DNA of 64,000 bases from a bacterium. GTDB lineage: Bacteria > Patescibacteriota > CPR2 > UBA1875 > JAJYID01. Below are positions 10,439 through 18,956 of this stretch, piece after piece. The notes under the pieces were generated by a model that was given only the letters and a program-made list of their open reading frames with translations, was not told where the DNA came from and did no database searches. Made by a program: the position numbers and the translations under genes. The stretch's first letter is position 1; the number at the start of each line of letters is the position of its first letter. The stretch is from the NCBI GenBank assembly GCA_030647205.1, contig JAUSJO010000005.1, forward strand, positions 202,523-266,522, written 5' to 3'.

Positions 10439-10936
10439 ATGCACAGACATTCATACAAGGGAAGAAAACTAGGACGTGACAAGGCACCAAGAGAACTAAT
10501 GTTCAGAAACTTGGCGACTTCTATCGTGCTGCACGAAAAGGTCAGAACTACTCTTCCAAAGGCCAAAGAGATACGTCCAATTGTTGAAAAGCTTATTACT
10601 ACAGCTAAAAAGGGCGATATAAATGCTATTCGAAAGTTGAACTCATATCTTCTTGATAAAAACGCTGCAGAAAAACTGATTACAGAGATTGCACCGCTTT
10701 ATGAAAAAAGAAATGGCGGTTATACAAGAATTACAAAGGTTGGTTTAAGGGTCGGTGATGCCGCGCAGATGGCAACTATCGAACTTCTTGATGTAGAAAA
10801 TATCGTAAAAAATACTAAGGCAAAACCGGAGAAGACTAAGGTTGCCAAGAAGAAGGTTGAGGCACCAAAAAAAGAAGTAAAGGCCGATAAAAAGATTGAA
10901 AAAAAGACGGCTGAAAAGAAAAAGGCGGTTAAATAA
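10439..10936 (+). CDS. rplQ: 50S ribosomal protein L17 with lysine-rich C-terminal extension
   Basis: 165 aa; L17 core plus ~45-aa K-rich tail. Confidence 0.9.
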   Translation: MHRHSYKGRKLGRDKAPRELMFRNLATSIVLHEKVRTTLPKAKEIRPIVEKLITTAKKGDINAIRKLNSYLLDKNAAEKLITEIAPLYEKRNGGYTRITKVGLRVGDAAQMATIELLDVENIVKNTKAKPEKTKVAKKKVEAPKKEVKADKKIEKKTAEKKKAVK

Positions 10937-11385
10937 TGAAAACATTTATACCAAAAGTAGCGGATATTGAAAGAAAGTGGTACTTGATAGATGCCAACGG
11001 GCAGACATTGGGTAAGCTTGCTGTAATTGCCAGTGATATTTTACGCGGCAAAAACAAACCTAGCTTTTCACCTCACATGGATCTTGGTGATAATCTTATT
11101 ATTATCAATGCTGCAAAAGTGAAGGTTACAGGCAATAAAACAGAAGATAAGAAATATTATTCTCACAGTTGGTATCCGGGAGGCTTAACAACTACAACTT
11201 TTCGAGAAATGATAGAGAAAAAACCTGAGTATGTTATCCAACATGCGGTTCTTGGGATGCTTCCAAAGAATAGACTGCAAAAAGATTTCATCAAAAAAAT
11301 GAAAGTCTATGCCGGTCCTCAGCACAGCCATGGAGCTCAGCAACCGATCGAGATAAAAATAGAAAACGGAAGGGCAGTGAAATAA
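10936..11385 (+). CDS. rplM: 50S ribosomal protein L13
   Basis: 149 aa; [28 protein letters not shown]. Confidence 0.95.
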   Translation: MKTFIPKVADIERKWYLIDANGQTLGKLAVIASDILRGKNKPSFSPHMDLGDNLIIINAAKVKVTGNKTEDKKYYSHSWYPGGLTTTTFREMIEKKPEYVIQHAVLGMLPKNRLQKDFIKKMKVYAGPQHSHGAQQPIEIKIENGRAVK

Positions 11386-11387
11386 AT

Positions 11388-11801
11388 ATGGAAAACACAG
11401 CAGTTCAATTTAAGGGAAGATATAATGGCGCGGTAGGAAGAAGAAAAGAAGCCGTCGCTAGAGTTCGTATTTATGCCGGTTCAGGAAAAGTTTTAATAAA
11501 CGGCAAAGATTATACAGTTTACTATACAAACGAGACCCAAAGAGAGGCCATCTATGCACCGCTTAAGCTTTTGGGGCTTGAAAAGAAATTTGATGTTTCA
11601 GCCGTAGTCTCCGGTGGCGGTAAGAACGGGCAGCTTGACGCTATCTGCCATGGTATTTCAAGGGCACTTGTCGAGTCAGATGAAGGATATAGAACAACCT
11701 TAAAAAAATCAGGATTTTTAACTCGCGATCCAAGGGCAAAAGAAAGAAAGAAGTGCGGTTTGAAACGCGCCAGAAAAGCTCCACAGTTCTCAAAACGTTA
11801 A
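11388..11801 (+). CDS. rpsI: 30S ribosomal protein S9
   Basis: 137 aa; ends ...[12 protein letters not shown]. Confidence 0.95.
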   Translation: MENTAVQFKGRYNGAVGRRKEAVARVRIYAGSGKVLINGKDYTVYYTNETQREAIYAPLKLLGLEKKFDVSAVVSGGGKNGQLDAICHGISRALVESDEGYRTTLKKSGFLTRDPRAKERKKCGLKRARKAPQFSKR

Positions 11802-11815
11802 AGATACATTTACAA

Positions 11816-11850
11816 AGAGCCCTGAAAAGGGTTCTTTTGTATTGTTTAGG
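11816..11850 (+). terminator. Rho-independent terminator-like hairpin after rpsI
   Basis: GC stem CCCT-GAAA-AGGG followed by T-rich run (ttcttttgtattgttt). Confidence 0.4.
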
Positions 11851-11902
11851 GTTATTCTTCTACTTTTTGATAGCAAAAAGTAACAAAAACTACCGACTAA
11901 CG

Positions 11903-12151
11903 ATTCTTTTCAAAGTGTCGGACAAGAGCCTCATTTCAGGTTTAAAAAAATTAACTCGCTAATCGCTCAAACAAAATTCTTTTTAAATCTTCACTCGGCT
12001 CATCCTCTCTTTGAAAAAATCACGCCGGAAAGGGAAATTTCTTCGTGATGGCGAAATACAAAATTCTTTTCAAAGGTTCGTTCACTCCAGACTTCCTTTT
12101 CGAGCCGATAGCCGCAAGAGAGCTCTCTTTGGAAAAATCACGCCGGGGATA
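11903..12151 (+). repeat. Repeat-rich leader (R1) upstream of K+ channel gene, member of a dispersed repeat family with 59171-59330
   Basis: Shares AAGTGTCGGA...TTCAGGTTTRAAAAA and a ~55-nt core TTTTCGAnCCGATAGCCGCAAGA...CTTTGRAAAAATCAYGCCGGRGGATA with the second locus; contains an internal partial tandem duplication (units ending CTCTTTGRAAAAATCACGCCGG at ~12010-12030 and ~12126-12146). Confidence 0.6.
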
Positions 12152-12217
12152 CGAAACCACTCCAGACTCTAGGAATTTATTGTACTCAAACAGGCAAACC
12201 ATGCTATAATTTATCCT

Positions 12218-13237
12218 ATGAAGGAGGGTATCGCTCAGGAAGAAACTAGAAATGATGTGCTGAAACTTTTGGCCGTTATTTTCGTTGCGCTTTTGACAAT
12301 AGGTACGGCAGGCTTTATGATACTAAAAGGTCTCTCACCGTGGGAAGCGTTCTACCAGACCATGATTGTACTTTTGACGCATTTCTATCATGAGATTAAA
12401 GAGCCATTTCTTGTACAGATTTTTATACTAATTTTGATATTAGGCAGCTTTATTATAGTTGCTTATGTTATAAAATTTTTTGCAGAGTATCTCTTTGAGG
12501 GGACTTTTAAAGAAAACAGGAGGAAAAAGACAATGGACAAGACAATCAACGCATATCATGACCACTACATAATATGCGGGTATGGGAGAGTAGGAAAGCA
12601 GATTGCTGATGAACTGGCAGATGAAAAAGCAAAGTTTGTAGTTGTCGATAGGGATAAAACTGAGATTGATGAAGCAACGGAGAGAGGTTTTATGGTAGTG
12701 CATGGTGACCCTACAGAAGAAAGAACTCTTCTAAAAGCAGGAGTCCTAAAAGCGAAGTCTGTTATTGTTGTCCCCGGTTCTGAGATCGACAGTCTTTATA
12801 TAGTTCTTTCAGCAAGATCATTAAACCCAGATGTTTATATTATTGCTAGAGCCGGCAAGGAAGAGGGAATGGCAAAAATTAAAAAAGCCGGTGCGAACAA
12901 GGTGACTATGCCGGAGCAGATTGCAGGATACCATATGGCGACGATGGCGCTTCGTCCTGCTGTCGTAGATTTCTTGGATGTTATAATTGATGGCAAACAT
13001 GATGAACTTCAGATAGAAGAGCTTCAAATACGTCCCGGGTCAGAATATATAAACAGGCCGCTAAACTTTTACCTCACGCAAATAGATAACGGTGTAGCAG
13101 TTTTAGCTATAAATAGGGTCGATGGAAATACAAAAGTCAATCCTGGCGGAAGTGAGATTTTAAGTTTAAATGACCGCCTGATACTGATGGGGACCAGAGA
13201 CCAGCTTGAAAAAGTTACCGATAAAGTAGCTTCTTAA
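12218..13237 (+). CDS. Ion channel/transporter protein with N-terminal TM helices and TrkA-N (RCK, NAD-binding) domain; putative K+ channel
   Basis: 339 aa; two N-terminal hydrophobic helices; Rossmann motif IICGYGRVGKQIADEL typical of TrkA-N/RCK, followed by a TrkA-C-like region. Confidence 0.7.
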   Translation: MKEGIAQEETRNDVLKLLAVIFVALLTIGTAGFMILKGLSPWEAFYQTMIVLLTHFYHEIKEPFLVQIFILILILGSFIIVAYVIKFFAEYLFEGTFKENRRKKTMDKTINAYHDHYIICGYGRVGKQIADELADEKAKFVVVDRDKTEIDEATERGFMVVHGDPTEERTLLKAGVLKAKSVIVVPGSEIDSLYIVLSARSLNPDVYIIARAGKEEGMAKIKKAGANKVTMPEQIAGYHMATMALRPAVVDFLDVIIDGKHDELQIEELQIRPGSEYINRPLNFYLTQIDNGVAVLAINRVDGNTKVNPGGSEILSLNDRLILMGTRDQLEKVTDKVAS

Positions 13238-13242
13238 AGGTT

Positions 13243-14127
13243 ATGAAAAGCATTAAATATAAAGGCGAAAAACAAAGGCTTGATATATATGTATCAGGTC
13301 TTTTAGATATTACCAGAAGCCAAGCCCAAAAGAGGATTAAATCAGGAGAGATAAAAGTTGGCGGGGAACAGGTAAATCCGAGTAAAATGGTTGCTCAAGG
13401 TGACGTTATTAAAATTTCAGAAAAAATATCAATCCAGGAGAAAAAAGAAGCGCCAGATGTGAATATTGTTTATGAAGATGAGAATATTATTGTCGTTGAT
13501 AAAGATGCAGGAGTGGTTGTCTATCCGGCAGATGGGCACGATTCGGGCACGCTCATTGATGCTTTACGCGATAAGATTGGTATACAGGATGAAGAGAGGC
13601 CGGGAGTGGTGCATCGGCTGGATAAAGACACGTCAGGGCTAATGGTATTTGCTAAAAATCAAAAATCTCTGGAGCATTTGCAGGATCAGATACGAGACAG
13701 AAAGTTTGAAAAAACATATTTAACCCTAGTATGGGGAAAGGTTCTACCTGAGAAGGGGACTATAGATATCCCCATCCAGCGCTCAGAAAAGGACAGAAAG
13801 AAGATGGAAGCCTCAAGCACCGGGCGAGAGTCTTTGACTGAATATGAAGTGGTTAAATATTACGATGGGATGACATTTTTGAGGGTAAAAATAATAACAG
13901 GTAGAACTCACCAGATACGCGTGCACTTTGCCGGAATAGGCTATCCGGTTGTTGGTGATAAAGCATATGGCTCTCGCTCCTCTGTCATTCCCGCGCAGGC
14001 GGGAATCTCCCGTCAATTTCTCCATGCACACGAGTTAGGATTTGAACTGTTTGGCAAAAAATATCATTTTACCTCAGAGTTACCTAAAGATTTAGAAAAA
14101 TTATTGAAACTAAAGGAGAATCAATGA
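13243..14127 (+). CDS. rluD: RluA-family 23S rRNA pseudouridine synthase (RluD-like) with S4 domain
   Basis: 294 aa; N-terminal S4 domain; catalytic motif HRLDKDTSGLMVFAKN. Confidence 0.85.
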   Translation: MKSIKYKGEKQRLDIYVSGLLDITRSQAQKRIKSGEIKVGGEQVNPSKMVAQGDVIKISEKISIQEKKEAPDVNIVYEDENIIVVDKDAGVVVYPADGHDSGTLIDALRDKIGIQDEERPGVVHRLDKDTSGLMVFAKNQKSLEHLQDQIRDRKFEKTYLTLVWGKVLPEKGTIDIPIQRSEKDRKKMEASSTGRESLTEYEVVKYYDGMTFLRVKIITGRTHQIRVHFAGIGYPVVGDKAYGSRSSVIPAQAGISRQFLHAHELGFELFGKKYHFTSELPKDLEKLLKLKENQ

Positions 14128-14810
14128 AGTTTAAGGTTGAATATTCAATAGAAAAAGATATGGTCCCATATCTCAATGCTGTTTGGAAGATGCAGTATAA
14201 AACTTTTGGGAGAAATAATTTAAGAGAGAGATTACTTAGTAGTAAGCCGGAACAGTTTCAAAAGGACATTAAAAAAGCCAAGACAGAGGAAGAAGCAAAA
14301 ATAGTGATTAACGATTTTCTTTATGAAAATCTAGAAAAGAACAAGGCTGAATTTGCCCAAAAAATTAAAAAAATTCAGAAAAATTTAGATGATAATAAAG
14401 AGAAAATAATCGGAAAACTCGAGAAACTCTATAATAAGGAATTTCCCTTTAATGTGATAACAATTTATCTGACCACTGCAGGAATTTGCCCGTATAATTA
14501 TGAAAAAAGGTGGTTTATGACATATGCCAATGCTGATGAAGCTAGGGTTTTGTCTGTTGCATCTCATGAGCTAAATCATTTTATGTTTTTTTACTACTAC
14601 CTACCCAGTCTGAAAAAAGAAGGAATTGATGACCATAAATTAATGGTACTAAAGGAGGCTTTAGTTGTCTTGGATCCAAATGATACTGATAAAAAGCCCC
14701 AAGCTGAGGATCTGAAGAAATTTCTAAAGACTCTGTCGGACAGACCAATGGATGAGATTATAGAACTAGCCATAAAATCCGAAGCATTTAAGAATATCCC
14801 AGTCGAATAA
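14124..14810 (+). CDS. Hypothetical protein with HExxH motif (putative zinc metallopeptidase-like)
   Basis: 228 aa; ATGA overlap with rluD stop; motif SHELNHFMF. Confidence 0.6.
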   Translation: MKFKVEYSIEKDMVPYLNAVWKMQYKTFGRNNLRERLLSSKPEQFQKDIKKAKTEEEAKIVINDFLYENLEKNKAEFAQKIKKIQKNLDDNKEKIIGKLEKLYNKEFPFNVITIYLTTAGICPYNYEKRWFMTYANADEARVLSVASHELNHFMFFYYYLPSLKKEGIDDHKLMVLKEALVVLDPNDTDKKPQAEDLKKFLKTLSDRPMDEIIELAIKSEAFKNIPVE

Positions 14811-14852
14811 TATGGAATTATTCCGTTTTAACTGATATAATTATCCGTACGA

Positions 14853-15656
14853 ATGGATAAAACTAATCTTAAAAATAAAAAGCAGGATGGGTATCTAAAA
14901 CAGCAGATTAAGAGCGGTGATTTTGCTTCTTTTATGCTGTTTGTCGGGCAAAAGGGAACTGGTAAATATAAGGCGGTTGAGGACTTTGCCGGAGCTATCT
15001 TGTGCGATAACGGAAGCGGGGAGCCGTGCTTGATATGTGCAAATTGCAAACTAGTTGCTAGCGGTAACCATCCGGACTTTTTGAAACTTGGCGGAGAGGG
15101 AACTATCAAAATAGCTGAAATCAGAGAACTCCAAAAGTCTTTATATCTAAAGCCGTATCAAGCAAGCCACAAAGTTGCGATAATAGAAGATGCGCACCTG
15201 ATGACAGAGGAGAGCGCAAACGCGATGCTAAAGGTTCTCGAGGAGCCGCCGGAAAATAGCATTATTATCCTGACATCGCCAGACAAAAAGTTGCTCCCAG
15301 AAACGATTGTCTCAAGAAGTCAGATAGTGAACTTTGGGACGGCTGGTGTTTTGCAGAAAACTCAGGATAGCGAAGAAGTTTATGCAGACGTGATGAACAT
15401 TTTAGATGAAAAGCCGGTTTATGAAAAAATGGCCATGGTGCAGAAGTATTCCAAAGAAAAGCCATTATCAGTTGAATTCCTGAACGTTTTAGAGGGTATC
15501 TTAAGGGAGGCGATTTTAGGAAAGAGTAATCTAGGTAGTTATTCAGAAAAAAAGATTATTGGAGTATTAGAGTTAGTAGAGAAGTCGAGAGAATATTTAA
15601 AAAGTAATCTATCGTGCAAGTTCGTACTGGAAAATTTAATTTTGAATGTAGGATAA
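14853..15656 (+). CDS. holB: DNA polymerase III delta-prime subunit
   Basis: 267 aa; AAA+ clamp-loader motifs FMLFVGQKGTGKYKAV, CxxC zinc module (CLICANCKLV), SRC-like SRSQIV. Confidence 0.8.
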   Translation: MDKTNLKNKKQDGYLKQQIKSGDFASFMLFVGQKGTGKYKAVEDFAGAILCDNGSGEPCLICANCKLVASGNHPDFLKLGGEGTIKIAEIRELQKSLYLKPYQASHKVAIIEDAHLMTEESANAMLKVLEEPPENSIIILTSPDKKLLPETIVSRSQIVNFGTAGVLQKTQDSEEVYADVMNILDEKPVYEKMAMVQKYSKEKPLSVEFLNVLEGILREAILGKSNLGSYSEKKIIGVLELVEKSREYLKSNLSCKFVLENLILNVG

Positions 15657-15657
15657 T

Positions 15658-16326
15658 ATGGCAAAAGCAATAGGAGTACAGTTTAGATCAGGCATTAAAA
15701 TCTACGATTTTAAGCAAAAAGGCGATGATATACAGATCCGAGATCAGGTTTTGGTTGATACGTCATATGGCGAGGAAATTGGTACAGTTAGGTATGTGAA
15801 CAAGGAAGTAAAAGAGGCGAAGGAAACACCGCTCAAAGACATTACCAAGCTTTTGTCCGAGAAAGATGTAGACCGGCTTGAAAGGCTGAAAAATGAGCAT
15901 ATTGGATATGTTGATATTTTCAAAAAGAATATAGAACAGCATAGTTTGGATATGAAGTTTGTGGAATTTGAGTTTTCGCTAGACGGGGAAAAAGTGACAT
16001 TTTACTTTACGGCGGACTCACGTGTGGATTTTCGAAATCTGGTTCGGGAAATGTCGAGACAGATTAAAAAAACGGTGTTGCTTAGACAAATGGGGCAGAG
16101 AGATGAGGCTAGAGTTCTGGACGGATTTGGCCCATGTGGGAGACCGATATGTTGCAGAAACTTCCTGACAAAGCTTGAAAATATATCTATGGACATGGTT
16201 AGAGAACAATATGAAGGATCAAGAAATGCCAGTAAGGTTTCGGGTGCTTGCGGAAAATTGATGTGTTGTTTAGCATTTGAAAAGGGTAAGGAGAAGACGG
16301 TTACTAAAAAGGAGTCAGTTAAATAA
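15658..16326 (+). CDS. ricT: PSP1 C-terminal domain protein (RicT/YaaT-like)
   Basis: 222 aa; conserved cysteines CGRPICCRNF...CGKLMCCLAFE; conserved holB-yaaT neighbourhood. Confidence 0.8.
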   Translation: MAKAIGVQFRSGIKIYDFKQKGDDIQIRDQVLVDTSYGEEIGTVRYVNKEVKEAKETPLKDITKLLSEKDVDRLERLKNEHIGYVDIFKKNIEQHSLDMKFVEFEFSLDGEKVTFYFTADSRVDFRNLVREMSRQIKKTVLLRQMGQRDEARVLDGFGPCGRPICCRNFLTKLENISMDMVREQYEGSRNASKVSGACGKLMCCLAFEKGKEKTVTKKESVK

Positions 16327-17072
16327 TGTGGGAAATTATAACAATATTGATCTTAGCTGGGGCATCATTCTATCTAATTAGAAAGATTAACTTTGGTGGC
16401 TCTGATGAGGTTATAGAGCCAGAACCAAAAAAGGAAGAAATAGTAGAAGAAGTCCCTGATACTGATAAAGAAGAGCTAATCGAAGAAGGACTGCTTGAGG
16501 AAGAGTCAGAGGAAGAGCGTGGGGCTGACAGACTTATATCAGATGCCCATACAGAGTTTGAGAAAGATAATTTGAGAGAGGCAGAACGCTTGCTTATTGA
16601 AGCGATCAAAAAAGACAGGAAAAATCATCATGCCTATCTTGCCCTTGGAAATATATTTTTTAAAGAAGGAAACTGGGATGATGCGATAAATGCATTCCAA
16701 AAAACAGTTGAGTATGATCCTGTAAATGACGTTGCATTCAACAATCTTGGTCTTTCTTATTTCAAAGCAAAAGATTATAAAAATGCGGTTTCAGCTTTTG
16801 AAAAGGCGACTGCCGTAAATCCTGACGTAAAAAGCCGGTTTATAAATCTTGCTCTTGCGGCGAAAAAGAATAAAGACAACAAGTTGGCAACCAAGTCACT
16901 CGAGAGATTAACGAGCCTTGAGGCAGAACCAAATGTAAAGCATTTGAAAATGTTGGCAGATAGCTATGAAGCAAATGGGCAAACAGATAAATTTACGAAG
17001 GTTTTAACCCATATCCTCGAAATAGACCCGGAAGATGTTGATGTAAAGCGCAAACTGGCAAGGTACGAATAA
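16326..17072 (+). CDS. TPR-repeat protein with acidic N-terminal region
   Basis: 248 aa; N-terminal TM segment, E/D-rich stretch, several TPR-like repeats (AYLALGNIFFKEGNWDDAINAFQKTVEYDP...). Confidence 0.7.
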   Translation: MWEIITILILAGASFYLIRKINFGGSDEVIEPEPKKEEIVEEVPDTDKEELIEEGLLEEESEEERGADRLISDAHTEFEKDNLREAERLLIEAIKKDRKNHHAYLALGNIFFKEGNWDDAINAFQKTVEYDPVNDVAFNNLGLSYFKAKDYKNAVSAFEKATAVNPDVKSRFINLALAAKKNKDNKLATKSLERLTSLEAEPNVKHLKMLADSYEANGQTDKFTKVLTHILEIDPEDVDVKRKLARYE

Positions 17073-17091
17073 TCTTCTAAATCTGATACAA

Positions 17092-17120
17092 TTGACCCGG
17101 AAGGCAAAAACGAGTATAAT
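17092..17120 (+). promoter_or_regulatory. sigma-70-like promoter (TTGACC-17-TATAAT) for tRNA-Thr/Tyr/Thr-rpmG-tRNA-Trp cluster
   Basis: Canonical hexamers and 17-nt spacer ~15 nt upstream of first tRNA. Confidence 0.6.
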
Positions 17121-17134
17121 GTTTCAGTGGTTTT

Positions 17135-17209
17135 GCCGCCTTAGCTCAGTGGTAGAGCAACTGTTTTGTAAACAGTCGGTCGTCGGTTCGAGTCCGACAG
17201 GCGGCTCCA
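17135..17209 (+). tRNA. tRNA-Thr (anticodon TGT)
   Basis: Manual cloverleaf: acceptor GCCGCCT/AGGCGGC, anticodon stem ACTGT/ACAGT, loop TTTGTAA, T-loop TTCGAGT, 3' CCA. Confidence 0.8.
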
Positions 17210-17224
17210 TAAAATCAAGTGTTT

Positions 17225-17310
17225 GGCGAGATACCGAAGCGGTCAAACGGGGCAGACTGTAAATCTGCTGGCATACGCCTTCGAAGGTTCGAATCCTTCT
17301 CTCGCCACCA
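17225..17310 (+). tRNA. tRNA-Tyr (anticodon GTA), long variable arm
   Basis: Acceptor GGCGAGA/TCTCGCC, anticodon stem GCAGA/TCTGC loop CTGTAAA, long variable arm, T-loop TTCGAAT, CCA. Confidence 0.8.
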
Positions 17311-17314
17311 GTGA

Positions 17315-17390
17315 GCCGTTGTAGCTCAGTTGGTAGAGCAACTCCATGGTAAGGAGTAGGTCAGCGGTTCAACTCCGCTCAACGGCTCCA
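17315..17390 (+). tRNA. tRNA-Thr (anticodon GGT)
   Basis: Acceptor GCCGTTG/CAACGGC, anticodon stem ACTCC/GGAGT loop ATGGTAA, T-loop TTCAACT, CCA. Confidence 0.8.
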
Positions 17391-17423
17391 TAGTCGAACA
17401 AATAACTAAAAAAAGGAAATGTA

Positions 17424-17594
17424 ATGGCAAAAAAAGGACCACGAAAAATAATCAAACTTCAGTGTACAGAGTGCAAAGAGAGAAACTACTCAACCAAGAA
17501 AAACGATCGTAATACTACCGATAAACTTGAACTGACAAAGTACTGCAAAAAGGATCGAAAACACACGTTGCACAAAGAAGCAAAAGCGTCCTAA
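17424..17594 (+). CDS. rpmG: 50S ribosomal protein L33
   Basis: 56 aa [56 protein letters not shown] (below ORF-track cut-off); AGGAAA SD; conserved position before tRNA-Trp/secE. Confidence 0.85.
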   Translation: MAKKGPRKIIKLQCTECKERNYSTKKNDRNTTDKLELTKYCKKDRKHTLHKEAKAS

Positions 17595-17610
17595 TCTTTT
17601 AGGACTTCTT

Positions 17611-17686
17611 AGGGGTGTAGCTCAGCTGGTAGAGCGTCGGTCTCCAAAACCGAAGGTCGTGGGTTCGAAGCCTGCCACCCCTGCCA
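17611..17686 (+). tRNA. tRNA-Trp (anticodon CCA)
   Basis: Acceptor AGGGGTG/CACCCCT, anticodon loop CTCCAAA, T-loop TTCGAAG, CCA; closely resembles canonical bacterial tRNA-Trp. Confidence 0.85.
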
Positions 17687-17722
17687 AAGAAAGATTCTCA
17701 ATTTCTTGAGGGTCTTTCTTTG
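17687..17722 (+). terminator. Rho-independent terminator after tRNA-Trp
   Basis: Hairpin AAAGAAAGA...TCTTTCTTT with inner CTCAA/TTGAG pairing, followed by T-rich sequence. Confidence 0.6.
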
Positions 17723-17841
17723 TGGGCGGCAGCTGAGAACCTACAATGAAGACGCTTAAGTGAAATTAGTGTAGTCTTGAGTTATGACAAGCTAAACAAT
17801 AGTAAATTAAGGAATAAAGCAAGAACAGGCGGCTGAGCCGC

Positions 17842-17866
17842 TTCGAAGCCTGCCACCCCTGCCAAA
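17842..17866 (+). repeat. 25-bp direct repeat duplicating the tRNA-Trp 3' end (T-loop through CCA); att-like
   Basis: TTCGAAGCCTGCCACCCCTGCCAAA identical to 17664-17688; copy is not part of a foldable tRNA. Confidence 0.8.
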
Positions 17867-17902
17867 ACAAGGTTCCCATCTTTTGATGGGGTTCTTGTTT
17901 TT
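17863..17902. terminator. Bidirectional terminator-like hairpin
   Basis: AACAAGGTTCCCATC-TTTT-GATGGGGTTCTTGTT with T-run; lies at 3' end of minus-strand gene 17901-18557. Confidence 0.5.
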
Positions 17903-18557
17903 ATTTTGTGATAATTTCTTTTAAATATGGAGGATTTTGATTTTCAATAATATTTACCAAATCCTCAAAGCCAGGGGCAAGATCATCCTTTTGAAAATCT
18001 TCTATTTTTCCCCAAAAAGGTTTTCCTTGCAAACCATTTGACTGGATTTCGCCCTTAATATTCGCAACTTGGAAAATATGCGCTAGGTAGTGGTCAACAA
18101 CTTCATCATTTTCATTTGTTTGGACATAAACATCACCGAGATATTTCAAATCACCCGTAAGCCCGCTTTTCCACATGAGCTCTTTATGAGCTAAATCTAG
18201 CACTGGTTTTCCGTAATGAATTTTTCCAAAGGGGAAACTGATAAGGTTTTGGTAGGGCTGTCTCTTCCATTTGAAGAGTAAATATTTGCCATCTTTATTT
18301 TTAGCTATAAACATTACAACAATTTTAGGTTGAAGCCTCACTGATCCAGACTCAAGGCTCATACTGCTCACATACTTTTTACCAGATAGCGACAGGTGAT
18401 AGTTTTTATCGTTTTTTGTAATAAAACCATCAGCAATAAGCTGGTTTAGGTGATACATGAACAGGTTGCCCTCGACATTATCGGGTCTTAAGTCGGTGTA
18501 CCTAAGAGTGTCGCTTGTCGCAAGCTGTCTTAGAATATGTTTTTGAATCCAATGCAT
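17901..18557 (-). CDS. Putative transcription regulator: N-terminal winged-HTH plus C-terminal degenerate (likely non-catalytic) Nudix-fold domain
   Basis: 218 aa; N-terminus ILRQLATSDTLRYTDL...YHLNQLIADGFITKNDKNYHLSLSGKKYV fits a wHTH pattern; C-terminal PKIVVMFIAKNKDGKYLL...FPFGKIHYGKPVLDLAHKELMWKSGL resembles a Nudix fold with catalytic REx2EE degraded to HKELMWKSG. Confidence 0.5.
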   Translation of the reverse strand: MHWIQKHILRQLATSDTLRYTDLRPDNVEGNLFMYHLNQLIADGFITKNDKNYHLSLSGKKYVSSMSLESGSVRLQPKIVVMFIAKNKDGKYLLFKWKRQPYQNLISFPFGKIHYGKPVLDLAHKELMWKSGLTGDLKYLGDVYVQTNENDEVVDHYLAHIFQVANIKGEIQSNGLQGKPFWGKIEDFQKDDLAPGFEDLVNIIENQNPPYLKEIITK

Positions 18558-18686
18558 ATACCTATTTTATATCAATTTCTAAAGATTTTGTTCAAATAAA
18601 TTTGAGTCAAAAGGATTTGCTACTTTAATGGCATGCTTGAATAGACAATAAGTTTAGTACCTTAAACTAATGAAAGAGGGGACCAA

Positions 18687-18956
18687 ATGACTAGTGGGAA
18701 AATGACAGAAGTATTGGACGGTTATATCAAAATGTTCGCAGATCTAGGCATATCTGAAATATCTGATTACACGAATGTTGGTAGTAAATCGGAAAGATTA
18801 CAGTACCTTTACGCGATGTGTAAGAAAACGAAGAAACTGGTTGAGGATGGCGATGTAGAGAAAGCAAACAGGTGGTTAGGATTCATCCAAGGAAGCTTGT
18901 GGGTCGATAAAGTCTTTACAATTGATGATATGCGCGATCACAACCGATCTTCTTAG
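18687..18956 (+). CDS. Hypothetical small protein (89 aa)
   Basis: Good SD (AGAGGGG) upstream of ATG; divergent from regulator gene; no recognisable domain. Confidence 0.55.
   Translation: MTSGKMTEVLDGYIKMFADLGISEISDYTNVGSKSERLQYLYAMCKKTKKLVEDGDVEKANRWLGFIQGSLWVDKVFTIDDMRDHNRSS

Noticed and set aside
11753-11962. 69-aa ORF overlapping the rpsI end and the repeat leader
   Set aside because: Overlaps rpsI in another frame and runs through the terminator and repeat element; no RBS.
11903-12151. CRISPR array
   Set aside because: The repeats are degenerate, of unequal length and not regularly spaced with unique spacers; no cas genes; better explained as a structured repeat element.
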